This document shows positions 26,910-40,733 of a stretch of DNA of 64,000 bases, piece by piece; within the stretch, counting starts at the first letter, position 1; each line of letters starts with the position of its first letter. This DNA is from Phoronis australis (Eukaryota; Animalia; Phoronida): positions 98,232 through 162,231 of the forward strand of contig NMRA01000296.1 in assembly GCA_002633005.1 (NCBI GenBank), written 5' to 3'. The position numbers and the translations under genes are program-made. Under the pieces are notes generated by a model. That model saw only the letters and a list, made by a program, of their open reading frames with translations, was not told the DNA's origin and ran no database searches.

Positions 26910-27194
26910 ATTAACAGCTTATGATTCAAAACGACTTATTCTTATTAAAATGACAAAATGGCAAAAAATTGAATTTCGGGCCTCAAAAGCGAGGCACACC
27001 TATATTAATTTAGGTGCCTCGCCGAAAAGCGGTTGAAAAGCGAGGCCCTCCTATATTAAGCCTATATTAATATAGAAAGCCCCACTGAAAGGCAGCCGGA
27101 GAGAGCGGGGTGGTCCCGCTTTTGACGCCCGAAATTCATTTTTACCTATGTCATTTTAATAAGAATAAGTCATTTTAAATAATAACCTGTTAAT
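26910..27194. mobile_element. MITE family C with about 70-bp TIRs
   Basis: attaacagcttatgattcaaaacgacttattcttattaaaatgac...gaatttcgggcctcaaaagcg is mirrored by cgcttttgacgcccgaaattc...gtcattttaataagaataagtcattttaaataataacctgttaat. Confidence 0.85.
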
Positions 27195-27394
27195 TATGAT
27201 GTTGTTATTTCGATTGCCCTTGAGGTTTCTGTGTATATGTTACCACTTTTATTGCACTAAGTCTGCTGGGCACAACTTTTTTGAAAAAGGGCATGCTTTT
27301 TATCATGAAGTGCACCCAAAGGGCAGAGGTTCAAACCTGGTCTGAGCAACAGACCATATGAGCCTTTGAAGGATTTATGCTATTTGCATTTCAG

Positions 27395-27690
27395 CATGTT
27401 GCGATTGGAGCACGACGTTGATTCAGCTGCCTTTTGCCAGTCGGCTCCGGTCACTTACGCCAAGCCGTCGCATCATGTCACCATGGCTCTTCACTCCACT
27501 GAGCCTACGCCCTCTGGTGAGGAGAGGGCTCCCCCTCAGCAGGCGTTGACTGAGAGTGACTCTGGGGCAGAGGTGGAAGTGGGCTATGCCAACGGGGAAA
27601 AGGGTTTCTTGGATGGCCTGTGGGGGTGCCTACGTCCTGTATGGAGTATGATTGGGAAGGCGGCCTACAGCGCCGATATGAAGAGTCACG
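27395..27690 (+). CDS. MAP3K13: DLK/LZK kinase coding exon 2 (palmitoylation motif)
   Basis: GFLDGLWGCLRPVWSMIGKA matches the conserved DLK/LZK GFLEGLFGCLxPVWxxIGKA motif; TTTCAG acceptor, G|GTAAGT donor. Confidence 0.92.
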
Positions 27691-30600
27691 GTAAGTGGTA
27701 TAAAAGCTAATTCCTTTCAAGCCTCCTTGGTTTATCAGTCCGATCATAACCGAAACCGTGGGGAGTTGGACCTATTGAATGCAATTGTATGTGCAACATT
27801 CCTTGCGTTAAACTCCCTTACATAAAGTTTACAGACTCGTGAGAAAAAGTGTAAATTTTTGTGGATGTTATCTTAGTCCGGTTGGTGTCTGTATGGCCGC
27901 GTGATCTCTTTTTCATCTCATAGTCCTGGCCATCTAATAACAAAAACATTGGAAAAATGACCTTTCAGTTTATTTTTTCCCATTCGTAAACCTCATGATT
28001 AACTTCTGTGGTGTAAAACTTGGTTAACTGAAAATGGTTGCTATGTAAAGTGTTGGAGATTGTCTCAGCACGAGCTCTCTATTCTCTATGTTCTCTGTGT
28101 ATTAGTATCCACCAGTTGTGACATTCATCAAGCTTGTGTGCCGACTAATCAGTCCCCCAGGACACAGTTTATTTATGATACACTTCTACTCATTAACCTA
28201 CCCTAGTCTTGCTGCAGTGAGGGATCCCTGCTTCACTATCCGTCTCTGTTGATCATAAACGGCATCCCATGGCCTTAGTTTCTTACATAAAAAGCAAGAC
28301 ATTGCAAAATCCCCCCGAGTAAAAAGCGAGTGTCTCGCGATTATGCTTTCTAGCCTTTCCTTACAAAATGGCGGCCACTGAAGTGATTGGATGGTGTTGA
28401 ATTAGTGGTATACTTTGCGACAGTGCCATGTCATGAAAACCAGCTTTTCCATGGGCTGAGGTAAACATTTTCAGTAATAGTGAAAGAAATATTGGCTGGA
28501 TAAAGGCTGGTCTAAAATTGTTGCATCTGCACTCATGAAACACTGGCATGATGTATTGAAATTATTGGTGCGGTAAAAATCCTCCAATCTGGGACAGTGA
28601 AAATTTAATTATTTTGCCCGCTTTCAAAGCTTGTCCCAAATTCTAGAAGTGGACAATATTGGCTGTCGCAAAGTCAAGAATGACTGGAAACACGCCACAA
28701 TTACGCTCTCTGTTGATTAAAAATGTATCCGAAATTTTAGAAATAATTGGTGAATGCCAAAATCACCCATGTCTAAATTCCAGAATCAAGAATATTCAAT
28801 TTTTGTTGGAAATTCTGTGTCCCAAATTCTAGAGATTGTCCCAACTTGGAAATTTGTTTCCGTAGAAACTAGTAATACTCTTTTTCGTAATCAATGAAGG
28901 AATAAGGTGCAACAACTTGTTTCCTCACGTCCAGAGCTTTCGAATTAGATTTACATTGCATTTTACCATAAAAAATTACAGATCTATAGCTGTAAAGATG
29001 TCTGGCATACGTGGTGTGTCTCTAGTTAATTGCAAATTGTTGTTTTACTGACGAGTCATTCACGCTCTGTTGTTCCTGTCTCTCGGGAGATACGGCATTA
29101 GCGTGACTTTGTTTCTGACTGTTTTCTCAGCCCACTGTGACAGGCTATGTAAACTGTCATGGTCACACCAGTTTATTTTGATGAGGAGTGGGAAGTGATG
29201 GAAGACATTATATTCATCTGATTACAGCAACACCTCTACACTTTCTCCTTAATCAAAGTCTCTAAATGTGTTTGGCCTCATGCCGTGAATAAATATTCTC
29301 TACTGGTTATCTGTAAAGTCTTTCATTTCCTGAATTGGTTGTGAATGGCTTTTCTCAGTAAATGCCCGCCTCTGTACATAAGATGTTGGATTATGTTATG
29401 TTATATTAATATCTTGTGTTTTCCCACTAAACTGAAGTATTAAAGAACGAGCTTTGACTTTAAATGAACGCTCGAGAAACATGTTGTTTGGAAACATGAA
29501 ACTTATTATTTGGGGATATTATTCTATCCGATTCTGCCTGAATGTATCAGGTCAGCGATGTCACATTAATTAGTTTTAATATGTTCACGTCGACAGTTGT
29601 CGTTGCTCGTTCATATCTGAAGCAGACTAGATCACGAAATTAAGGGTTTTCTGCCGAGACACACTATTGATGTTTGTCTCAGTCTACCAGTCTCGGCTAT
29701 TGTCCATGGTAGAAAACTCGCCATTAATTTAGGGCTAATAGGCTCTATTGGGGAAACCTTGGGCAAGGAGTTAGTCGTAATTTTCCGCTTAACTCGCCCC
29801 GACGCTCCTGATTGCGTATTTACTCGGACTCTCCTATTGATTTTACATCCAATTGTGTTTGACGTTGATCACTGTCAATTTGTCTCCTGCGTTTAAGTGC
29901 ACATTACACACAGTTTTCTTGAGAAGTTGCCTGCATGTCTTATAGAAAAGATAAACTCAACTGTGGTCAATATGTTTTAGCTGCTTGGTGAAATTTCTTG
30001 ATTGTGAAATGATTTCCTGTTTTTTCCAGAAATTATAGATATTTTTGTTTTTTGAAATCATATTTTGATTGTTTGCGGTATGCACCTATTGTAAAATGTC
30101 ACCAATTTAGTACACAATACGGTGCACAAGTGAAGTTTTATTTTGATCATTTTTCTATAAAAAAATAAAACTGCTGCAAAACAATGCTTTGTCGTGTTTA
30201 CGTTTTGTGCCATAGGTACCAGTAGGAAATATTTTTGACATTAATGTCAGAAGATGTTGAAAAATGATAAAGGGCAAATTTTGCAATTAATTTTGGCCGA
30301 AATTGGTGAGATTTTAATGTGTTGAATTTTTCTCTTCTCACCATACCTGAATTTTCAGAAATATAGCCAACTCGTGTGAATTTGCAGAAGTGAAACCGAA
30401 TTGGTAAAATGCGAACTGCCAGTGGACAATACTGACATACTCATTCACTGATTTGTAAACAGATTATTTCATTTGAATGCAAAATGGACATTTGTCGTGT
30501 TTGATTGGCTAGCTAACTAGAACAGCTGTCAGTGGCTCTTTGGAATGGTTTGTTGTCTAAGACAATGGCAACTTCACAAACACTTGAGCTCCCTGGTGAA

Positions 30601-33271
30601 TGATTTCAACAATGGCCACCCTGTTATCTGTTATCTAGGTGATGTAAGCGAATCTTATTTTATGTCAGATTCCTTTCTGAAATCAAGTGGTATGAGAAGG
30701 GAAATAATCGTCTCAGTAGCCCTTATACAATCGCACCAATACGGAGACTACGTACCTCTCAGGTCGCTCACAGATTTCTGTGCAAACACTGCCTTCATAG
30801 AATACGTCTTTTAAAAACTTTTCCTGAATAGGAGTTGACTCCGGTCACCCTGCTGTGGTATCAATTTACTCCGCAACCAATGCTGTTATGCAGTTCGTTT
30901 AAAATGATGCACTTTTGCGAGAGGTGCTATCAAAATTGGAATAGAGCTTTTGTGATTTTTATGAAAAAAATCTAAAGTTGCATGAAACAAAAATGAAACG
31001 ATATTTTAGGAAACTCCGTTTTTGAGATTTCATCTTGAACATTTATGTCAAACCAAATTTTATCATGCTATTGATACTGTTGTTTTGCTATGAATATAAA
31101 TTTTTGATAATTCATACCAAAAGACATATTTACGAGACTTACTAATCAATGACATATTGGTATATAAAGTAAAAAGTTCTATGGCATTTCTACTTTAAAT
31201 TTTACAGTTTTGTTAATAACTGGTTGACTGTTCAGCACGCAAACTTGTTGATGAAGTCCTTCATACGGTAACCTTAAAATGTGTACATTTTTGATGGCGT
31301 AAGGTCACCTGCGGAGATACTTTATCTTCTAGCGATAGACTCACCTTCAACTGCTGGCTATGTGAGTCTCCTCCCACCTGACCTCTATCAAATGAGACGG
31401 AGATAAAAGTATACTAAAGCATGTCGTGGCTGTTTTTTCCTGTATCTAGACCCTAGGGTGTTACTTCTTCCAAATCAAACAAGGAGTCTAGATACTAGAA
31501 ATAACTGTCAAAGACATGTAATAATCTATCCTATGTATTGAGCAATAAATTCTACAAAATTCAGATTCTACTTTGGTTGTGATTGAAATGGGTCGATCCT
31601 TGTGTTGGCCATTAGATCAAACCACACATGTGAATGTCTTCTGTAGAACATCATTCCATCACGTTTCCCGCCATTTTTTATCTTCCATGGGGAATAGCTG
31701 TATAGATCTTTACCCGATAGCTATGTGAGCTTCTGGCTTGTATTTGGGGATAAAGTAGTAATTTAACAGTTTCGTGTCTGCATGGACATTTCGCGATATA
31801 CCACAGTGCCGCATGTGGTTTTGAGGTATTTACCCACAATGCTGTGCATCTGTCTCATAGTTGTACACTCCTGTGCTGATCACTGTTTCACATCAAAATT
31901 GGTTTGCCATTTGTCATTCGAATTTCAATAAAGTTTTCTGTTGGATGGTGAGTTCCAATTCTGACGCAGCTCAAAATCTAAGTCAATCGTACAATACATT
32001 TTTCTGCCTCCACGAATGAGGAGAGTCAAATTCCAGTTATGGGAATGGCTGAAGTGTCTGGTCTGTCAGAACAAAATTTGGATTTTGTTTAAATACTGCA
32101 AAATGAATGTTCATGCCTTATGGAAATTGTACTTTTTAAGGACAGCGCCCTCTTTTGTTCTAAAGTGATTTCCGAGTAAAAATTGTCTTAGCCATGACGA
32201 ATCCTGGAATGTGGAACTCGATATTCACTTTGTGTCCGTAGTGAAGTGAAGGATTCCTTCCCGTAGAAATGCCTACATTCGGGTAAATCATGCGGGTCTG
32301 TAATCACACAAATGCTTCCATTATTACTGACAAACTGCTTTCTGTCATCAAGGTATTCAGATGTCAAAAACAACGCTGTATTCAGTAGCACCACCGAGTG
32401 ACTATCGAGCCACCCATTTGAAACTTAATAGCCTGTTTCGAAACATACAAAGTTCTCGCACTTGATTTTCCAGTAGGAATTTTTCTTAGTGAAATCATCT
32501 CCATGCGTGAACCCGCCATTAAATTATGTTTTAATTAGTGATCAAATAATTTTATTTGTGTCCAGTTGTATGACTTATAGAGTTTGAATATCTCGTGTCA
32601 CCTCTGATTCTGTCTTTCAGCGGTGATGATGGCTTATTAAGTTCTAACGGAAATGTTTGTATATGTTTACGTAAAATCTTTATTAAAGCTATCGTCATCG
32701 AGTTCAAGTTCATTAATACAGTTGTTTTTTCAAAAATAGTCTTAGAAATTAATAGTGGCATTCACCCAAGGCTGCGTCTTTGCGCCATTTGACAACTATA
32801 GACTTTATGAGTGCGTCATCTGGGACGTAAGCTTTTGATAAGCTTACCGAAGTAAAAGGAATGATCCACTTCCTTTCCGTCTCATGTTACCCCATTTTCC
32901 GTTGATATAAAATACTTCTAGATTTGCCTGATTGTTCTCTGAGACACTTTGTGTTGTCATGGAAACACAGAACAGTGCTCTGCGGTAGTATAATGTCACA
33001 CACGTGGCTGATGAAACTTATCTGATTGTACAATTGTATGCTAACGTGTGTTATGCGTGCTAGTACTTTCATGAGTCCCAATATTGAAATGGACTTGAAA
33101 AATTTGGGAGTCCACTTGACCCCAGTGTTTAGAAGTATAGCGTGAACGTTTTCAGTGCTGCTTGAAAATACTTATTGAAAATTGTTCTTGAAATGGTCGT
33201 TGGAAAAATTGACTTTTGATCTGTGTTATGTGGTGAGGAAAACGTGGCATTTTCTTTTGGGTTTGTTTCAG

Positions 33272-33455
33272 ATCCGTGGGAGATTGCATTTGAGAACATC
33301 AAGGATCTGCAGTGGCTTGGCAGTGGCTCACAGGGGGCAGTGTTTCTTGGCAAACTGAACCGGGAGGAAGTGGCAGTGAAGAAAGTTCGCGACCTCAAAG
33401 AAACGGACATCAAGCATCTGCGCAAATTGAATCACCCTAACATTATCGCCTTCAA
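33272..33455 (+). CDS. MAP3K13: DLK/LZK kinase coding exon 3 (kinase N-lobe)
   Basis: [62 protein letters not shown]: Gly-rich loop and VAVK lysine; 184 nt, GT-AG. Confidence 0.97.
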
Positions 33456-33578
33456 GTAAGTACCTGGGGCATGTATCTCCCTTTTAAATTATGTAAATAT
33501 AAAGTAGAATGTACGGTAAAGTTTGCCTTGGATGATCTCCAATGTCGAAACCACTTACTTTTGAATTGGGCCACGTAT

Positions 33579-33771
33579 GGCTATTGGACCACTTGCGGCT
33601 ATTGGATTACTTGCGGCTATTGGACTAGTTGCGGCTATTGGACTACTTGCGGCTATTGGACTACTTGCGACTGTTGGACCAGTTGCAGCTGTTGGATCAC
33701 TTGCGGCTATTGGACTACTTTCAGCTCTTGGCCCACTTGTGGCTGTTGGATCACTTGTGGCTGTTGGACCA
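33579..33771 (+). repeat. 18-bp minisatellite, about 10.7 copies
   Basis: Consensus GGCTATTGGACTACTTGC with variant units; intronic. Confidence 0.95.
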
Positions 33772-35380
33772 ACATGCTCAGTCAGTCATTCAGTTTAGAA
33801 ACGATTTCTGGGTGATGTTGGGAGTAAAATTAGTGTTGAGTATTTATCTCAATAGAGTTGGACTCTGCAGGGTATCATTTTTAGCACTGAAAACAGTTTG
33901 TCTGTCTGTCCATTGGAGAATGATGCCTGCACACTATAGTGTTAGTGTTTAATACCAGCTTAACAGACAAAAACACAAAAATGTTACACATTGTTTTTGC
34001 GTATTTCAGAGAGCAACTGTCTACTAGGACTTTATTATATTTAAAAGTCATTACTTAGTGTCCGTTTTTTTGTTATTTTGATCATCTTTAATTATACTTT
34101 CTGGACTTTCATAGGCATATTCTCTTTTAAAAATTCTCTGTCGATCTGAATGTTTCTTGTTTTGACTTATAAATATTAATATGTAATTATTGCGTCTTCC
34201 ATGATAGAAGTCAGCATACAATAACTCTGTACATATTTTACTCAAAAGTAATTTCAATTTTCCAAAGGCCTTGCTTCAAATAATGTAAATTTTGTCAAAT
34301 TTTGTTTTTACATCTGCACAGTATGAAAAGTAAGCTCTTGATCGATTAATTGTTTAGCTTTATTTTGTTGAGAAATAAAGAAGAAAATAATTTCACTGCA
34401 CCGCCATATTGTATGCTAATGAGTGAAGAATTCTGGCTTGTTGCATTGTTGATTGAGCAGAAATGTTGCGTGATTATGTCACAAAAAGGAACCAGTTAGC
34501 TCGATGCACATTTATCGAGGAATTATCACGTGGTTGATGTTTCGAGTGTTGTACGCGTCTAAATAATTTACATCTTCATGTAAAAGACATGCAGTGACGC
34601 TCTTGTTGAGGTTCTTAATGGGTAGACGTGCGATTTCTGAGTGTTAAGCGAGTAGAATTATAGCCAGTTGTGTCAATGTCTAATGACAAGCGACCGTTTT
34701 CAGTGCAGAGGAAATCAATTAAGAAGTGATTATTCGTATATGTGTGAGTGCAAAAAGCTTACGTTTTTCTTATCTGCACTAAATTCAGGACTCGGTGGTT
34801 AGCATAACGTCAACTCACCTAATGCGACATGGCAAAATTACGAGGTTGTCAAGCGGGGATTGAAGTCGTCATACCTCACTGATGAGAGCCCAAAATGAAG
34901 TCAACTGGAAACCTGAAACAGTTGCGAACTTGGCAAATGTGTGCCAGCGTCATGGAGAGCTTTTTTCGTTTATTTTCTTTCTTGATTTCATTTTTATTCG
35001 CTCTAACCAATTCTCCCCACTTAGGTAAATATCACACATCGCCAGATGATGCGATAGGGCCCTTCTAATTTTTTCCGAAAGATGCCGACTTTCATCTGTT
35101 TACTTCCTTTTTGAATGCGTGCTCGGTTGTCGCGTGTCAACTTTGTAGCAACCTGGTATTTTTACCAAGTTGCCCAACAAAATGACGTCACATTGGTGAT
35201 CACCACCAAATTGACCCCTGAAGTAAAGTGCGTAATGACATTAGATTACAAAGTAAAAGTGTTGTTTGTAGGGACTTAATCCTACTTTTTGTTAGAACCC
35301 AAATTACCTTGACATCGATTTTGTCCCAAATTGCATATCTTCATCATTAATACCCAGGTATTTGTACCTTGTTCCTGCAG

Positions 35381-35572
35381 GGGAGTGTGCACTCAGGCCC
35401 CTTGCTACTGTATCATCATGGAATACTGCCCTTACGGCCAACTCTACGAGGTTCTGCGTGACGGACGCGAGATACCACCTGACCTGACACTGGACTGGGC
35501 ACGCCAGATTGTAAGCGGTATGAACTACTTACATGCTCACAAGATCATCCACAGGGACCTCAAGTCACCAAA
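35381..35572 (+). CDS. MAP3K13: DLK/LZK kinase coding exon 4 (hinge and catalytic loop)
   Basis: [26 protein letters not shown]...[12 protein letters not shown]; 192 nt. Confidence 0.97.
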
Positions 35573-36101
35573 GTATGTGTACCTCCTCTTTTTCCATTTT
35601 CTTTCTAAGTGTGATGTCTCCGCTACAGTAATTCTGCAGTATTTTCTTAACTCAATTTTCAAAGGATTTGTACAGTGCAGCAAACTGAAAATGACCAATA
35701 GTTGTTTCAGGACAGGAATTCTCTGCATTTAGTACTTTTCAAAAAAAGTTTCGTTGCAAATCGTCTTGCTTCATTCAAGCCATTACAAAAACTTCCCGTT
35801 TGGTTTAAACTACATACGGCATCGGTTTCTAAGTTGAGGCTAGTCCGGATATCAATGTTGTCCATTGTTATCAAATCCCGTACATCACGATTTGCTGGCT
35901 AATTTTCTACCACGGCTCAAAGAGTAACTAAAAATCGTCATCAACGGGTATCAGAGAACCGAGAATTTTGACTAATTTTTGTTGTATTTCTTTGGGTAAA
36001 AATTAACCTAACTAAACTTTTTATGACTATTGCAATTTCAAAAGACAAATAGTTTGTAAAATCACCAGTTTTGGTCCACGATATATCAATTAGCCAGTGA
36101 T

Positions 36102-36249
36102 ATATTGCTGTGGAGATATTGCTGTGGAGATATTGCTGTGGAGATATTGCTGTGGAGATATTGCTGTGGAGATATTGCTGTGGAGATATTGCTGTGGAGA
36201 TATTGCTGTGGAGATATTGCTGTGGAGATATTGCTGTGGAGATATTGCT
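36102..36249 (+). repeat. 14-bp minisatellite, about 10.6 perfect copies
   Basis: (ATATTGCTGTGGAG)n; intronic. Confidence 0.97.
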
Positions 36250-38235
36250 AATGCGGTAATTGATCTACTACTCAAAATAGGACCTTGGATCAGATTTCCT
36301 GGACATGTCTATTGATGACAGTGGGAGTTGTAGAAATCTATTTGGTGCCGTGAAACAAGCAGTTTTGTGGTGAAAATTTGTTGGGGAAACCATATGAAAA
36401 TTACCTCTAAATCATCTGAAAATGAACCGAAAAGTTTTGCTTCGAAATTTCGCCCATTTTTGACGTTGACCTTTTTGAAAACTGCAGCAGCTGTTGTGCT
36501 TAGTTAATAATGATACGGTAATTGGAATTTTTTGTTTTAAGATGATTTTTGAGGAGAAATTTGTCTAGAAGTTTTTCTGTTTCACCATATTGTGTGCTTG
36601 ATAGGTGCACATTTTTCAAGCTCAAGCTGAATTTATAATAATGTTGTCTTTCTTTGGCACATTTTTTAGCATTGTGAAGCTAAGTGTGTAGTCTAATGTT
36701 AACTGCAAGAGATTTCCACAAGTACCCTTTTGGTAAATGCCTTTGTCGGAACTAGTATTGACAACGCTAGATAATCAAGCCTCAAGCATTCTAGCCACGC
36801 TGTTGATGACAGTTGTGCTAATAAATCCACTCACTATTGACGTCACGGACAACGTATGCGTAGCAACCGATCACAATTATTCTCATTTGGTATTAAGTCC
36901 CAGTAATAGCAATGCGTACAAAGAAGATTTTCCACACACTTCAAGTTCTCCATAACACTATTATTAAGCACCTTTTGTTTAATTAAACTAGTCAATGAAA
37001 TTATACTTCAGCTTAATATCCATTGGCTTTTACTGCTGAGGAGGATATGTACGTGTTAAATAAAAGGACCTCGGCATGAGCCCTAATGACTAACTTACAA
37101 GAATATTGTGACGTAGGGATTGGGTGGTATCATTACATGTACTTGGTTTTTAAGCAATCTGGTGAAGTCAACTAAAAGGAATAAGCCAGTCACACCTCTG
37201 TATAACGGTTGATGACATTTTGATGACTGTTCTTTGAAGTTATTGGCAGTTTTTTTGGCTCTGTTGGTCAGTATATTGATTTATTGATCGCAACCATGAG
37301 ATCACTGAGTGAAAAACGTCGAATCGAAGTCACCCGATGTTTATATCAGTGTTAGTCATGTGATTTCAAGGTTTGGTTGCTGTCCAATTTTTTGATTTTG
37401 GTATTTCAGCTGTTCTCTGTAACTGATAAAACTGTTGCTGATATCAGATCTCTGTTTTGAAACTTCAGCCAATGTGACATGTGTTTTGAATTTGTTTTGG
37501 TGCCACATTCTCCCAAAGTCATTTGCATGTTATCGGTTACCCAGAACAACTTGTTCTGGATCATTTTGACCCCATTCAGCAGAGTATCAATTATATTAAC
37601 CTTAGTCCACAAAGGAATAATTATGGCAAACGTGATTTGTCAGAACAGAAGCGTTACTCTAGGATTTAACATAAATTTTGACTTGTAATTTTCCCGAAAT
37701 TTATAAATTCTTTATTTGGATATTTTTTCTTCTGTGGTACAATGGGGTAGGTACCAGAATATGATAATCTTAAGACGTCACAAGTGAGAGCAAACACCCA
37801 CGGATGTACTGATTGGCCATTGATTTCTTTTGTGCATGTCCATATTTGGACATTTAGCCACACATAATTCTCAGAAACTCCAGACATGCGATTTGCATGT
37901 TGATGGTGATTGGCTATTTCTGTGTGATAGTTTTAATAATTGGTCAATACTACTCCTCTAATCTGATGAATGCGCTGGATTTGAGCCAGCCTACAAAAAT
38001 ATGTTACCTAATTCAGTTAGAATTGATTACATTGTGTTTACAAGTTTAACACTGCAGAAACTGTTTCACCGCCTGAATGGCCGACTTTTGCTTTGTATAC
38101 ATGTAGTGGCATCTGAGGGTCATGGCCAAATATTATTGATTTCATGTGCATGTGTGACCATCTGCGAAATTCACATATATTTAACTCAATTTCCTTGTTT
38201 GGCAATGCTGAGCCATCCAAGTGCTAACTTCCAAA

Positions 38236-38303
38236 ATCTAATAATCTCTTGTGTAAGGGGCAGGTGATCTAATAATCTCTTGTGTAAGGGGCAGGTGATC
38301 TAA
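38236..38303 (+). repeat. 31-bp perfect tandem duplication
   Basis: atctaataatctcttgtgtaaggggcaggtg x2. A similar small duplication, ctgtgacaaaagcgaaatgacctttt x2, lies at about 38657-38708. Confidence 0.9.
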
Positions 38304-40574
38304 ATCTTTCAAAGGAGTTCTTTTAAAGGTAATTACCAACTTTCGTGAAGTCCTTTCACATTTCACCAAAAAAATTTACTGTTCACTGTCGACCCATAAA
38401 ATTTTGAAACATGTCTTAAAACATTACGCAATCGCTTAAAGCTGTGATTTGCCGTGTTGAGCTGACTAAAGACAAAAATCAAATTAGGTCTTGTGCTCTC
38501 ATACATTCTGTCATATATTATTCCTTACCATGATAGGATTCTGTTTTCATTATCTACGAGAACATCGAAACTATCAAGAAAGCGCTTCAGAGTTTATTGG
38601 TGTTGAACAACCCTAAAATTGCAAATTTGAAAATAGCACTAACTTGCACACATTGCCTGTGACAAAAGCGAAATGACCTTTTCTGTGACAAAAGCGAAAT
38701 GACCTTTTAAAACTATGTGACCGCCTTTTGCGAAATTGTATTCTTCACTTAGAACTTGAATTGCTAAAAAACCTGAAACTGCAGGTGACTTAGTTTGAAT
38801 AAATTATTATTCTGGTCCATATGACCAATGATAATAATTTTTGTCCAATAATTAAACACTGTGAGATGCAGTACCCAAGTTATAGTCCATTTTATCTCTT
38901 AAGGTACCAGAATGGTTGGATGCTATTAAACAATTTCTTTCAGATTAAGAGTGAGTCTTCCAATGAAGTTTTGTTGAATCCATGGATCCAAATGCCAAAT
39001 GGAATTACCCCAAGAATTGTTTCACAACTAGTTATTTGATAGATAAAATGAGGTTCCATTTGATACGCTATCACCCTCGCAGTAACAGTATGTGAGCAAC
39101 TTTGCCTGATTATGGGGTCACTATTGATTGACTGAAATGTCAGGAGATTACCACGGGAGATAATTCATTTACATTCTGATCAATAGACCGTGAATCTTCG
39201 AGGGAGACTAATGTATGCGCCGCATGAGAGGGATCTAATCAGTGAAGTGTAGGCGAAGGATTTTATTACTACACATAAACCTGTGACCTAATTTAGACAA
39301 TAGGATGTTCCCTGTTTTCATACCAGGAAACATGCTGTCCGTGATCCCACAAAAGTCAATATCTTTCAGTGTGTTAACCAAGGCAAATCTTACTTGCAGT
39401 ACAAGACAAAATCACGACAAAATATACCATTTCTCCTGTCATGACGGCTACTAAATTTGTTAACAAAAAATGCTGGAAGTGGCTATAGTGGTGGTAAAAT
39501 TCTAATGACAGAATGGCTCGACCATCTTACTAACTTTCTTGTTAATTACCCTTCATGCTCAGTTGTCAATGTTTAACTCCAACCCAGCTGTCACGACGGG
39601 GAATTCCGGGTCTTTTTATTGGAATACTTTTGGCTTGCACTGTAGATCAGTTACCCAACGGATGCTCAATCGCAAGAAAAGCCAGTGTCATCATGTGTTT
39701 CGCTTGTAATGCATGGCAATATATCGCGTTTTCGTGAGTTTCTCGTGTCTGCAGAATATAAACCTGGACTATTGTGCTCATTATAAAACTGTTTTTAATG
39801 GTGTCAGAATGTAACAACAAAAGCTCTCCAATGTTTTTAACTTCACTCTGGATATCCTAATTCTCTCAGAAGTACTTAATCTGGTTTAAGATTAGGCTGA
39901 ATGACTGGAGTTTTGAGATATACTGTAACTTTTTCCTGGACATGCCACGGTTGGGTTTTTTCTCAAATCTTCTTGACAATGCCTGTCTATGTTATCCCCA
40001 GAAGAATGTGATCAGAATGTATTGTCTATACTTGAAGGTCACGATTATCAAGGTATTAGATTCTGTAGCTGAAATACACCCTACTCTATCTTGTGCCAAC
40101 AGTGAAAATTAGTGCTGTGTTTTTTATTCTAATAGTGACCCAGCTTAACTGCAAGTCCTCAGGCACTCCGTGAATGGGAGTATTCCTATGTTCACATTAT
40201 AAAGTTCAGTGCGTAAGAATTATATTGAGATAAAACTTCCGATTTTGCTCAGTTTTTGAAAATGAAATTTTACCGACTGTTACAAATCCTCCACAGTAAA
40301 CTAAGAAAAATTCTTGTGTAGTGAAGCTTTCTCAAAACACTAGTTGATATTATTTTGATAATTTGCCTTCAAAATGAAAAGGTTGCAGTTCTGATATCTG
40401 TTTTATGCGAAATAACTGAAGAATTACTGTAATTGTTACTGGGAAAGGTGGTGTATAGTTATGTGTGACGTTTAGGTTTTCAGACTGTAGTGTGAAGACA
40501 TAAATCTCCACTGCTTAGTTTGTAACTATGGTCTTTAGTTGGATTTTACCACTCAAATGCACGATTTGTTCCAG

Positions 40575-40733
40575 TGTACTTATTGCCAACAACGATGTCG
40601 TGAAGATCGTCGACTTTGGAACGTCGCGGGAGTGGAATGAGAAAAGTACTAAGATGTCATTTGCCGGCACCGTCGCTTGGATGGCGCCGGAGGTGATACG
40701 TAATGAGCCATGCTCGGAGAAGGTGGACATCTG
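40575..40733 (+). CDS. MAP3K13: DLK/LZK kinase coding exon 5 (DFG-APE activation segment)
   Basis: [53 protein letters not shown]; 159 nt. Confidence 0.97.

Noticed and set aside
33471-33952. Three overlapping repetitive ORFs (CGYWTT, AAIGLL, LRLLDY repeats)
   Set aside because: They are translations of an intronic 18-bp minisatellite in three frames; there is no evidence of a real protein.
36090-36315. Repetitive ORFs and a superficially CRISPR-like array
   Set aside because: Head-to-tail 14-bp units with no unique spacers, in a eukaryotic intron with no cas genes. The same applies to the 29-bp array at 42586-42699.
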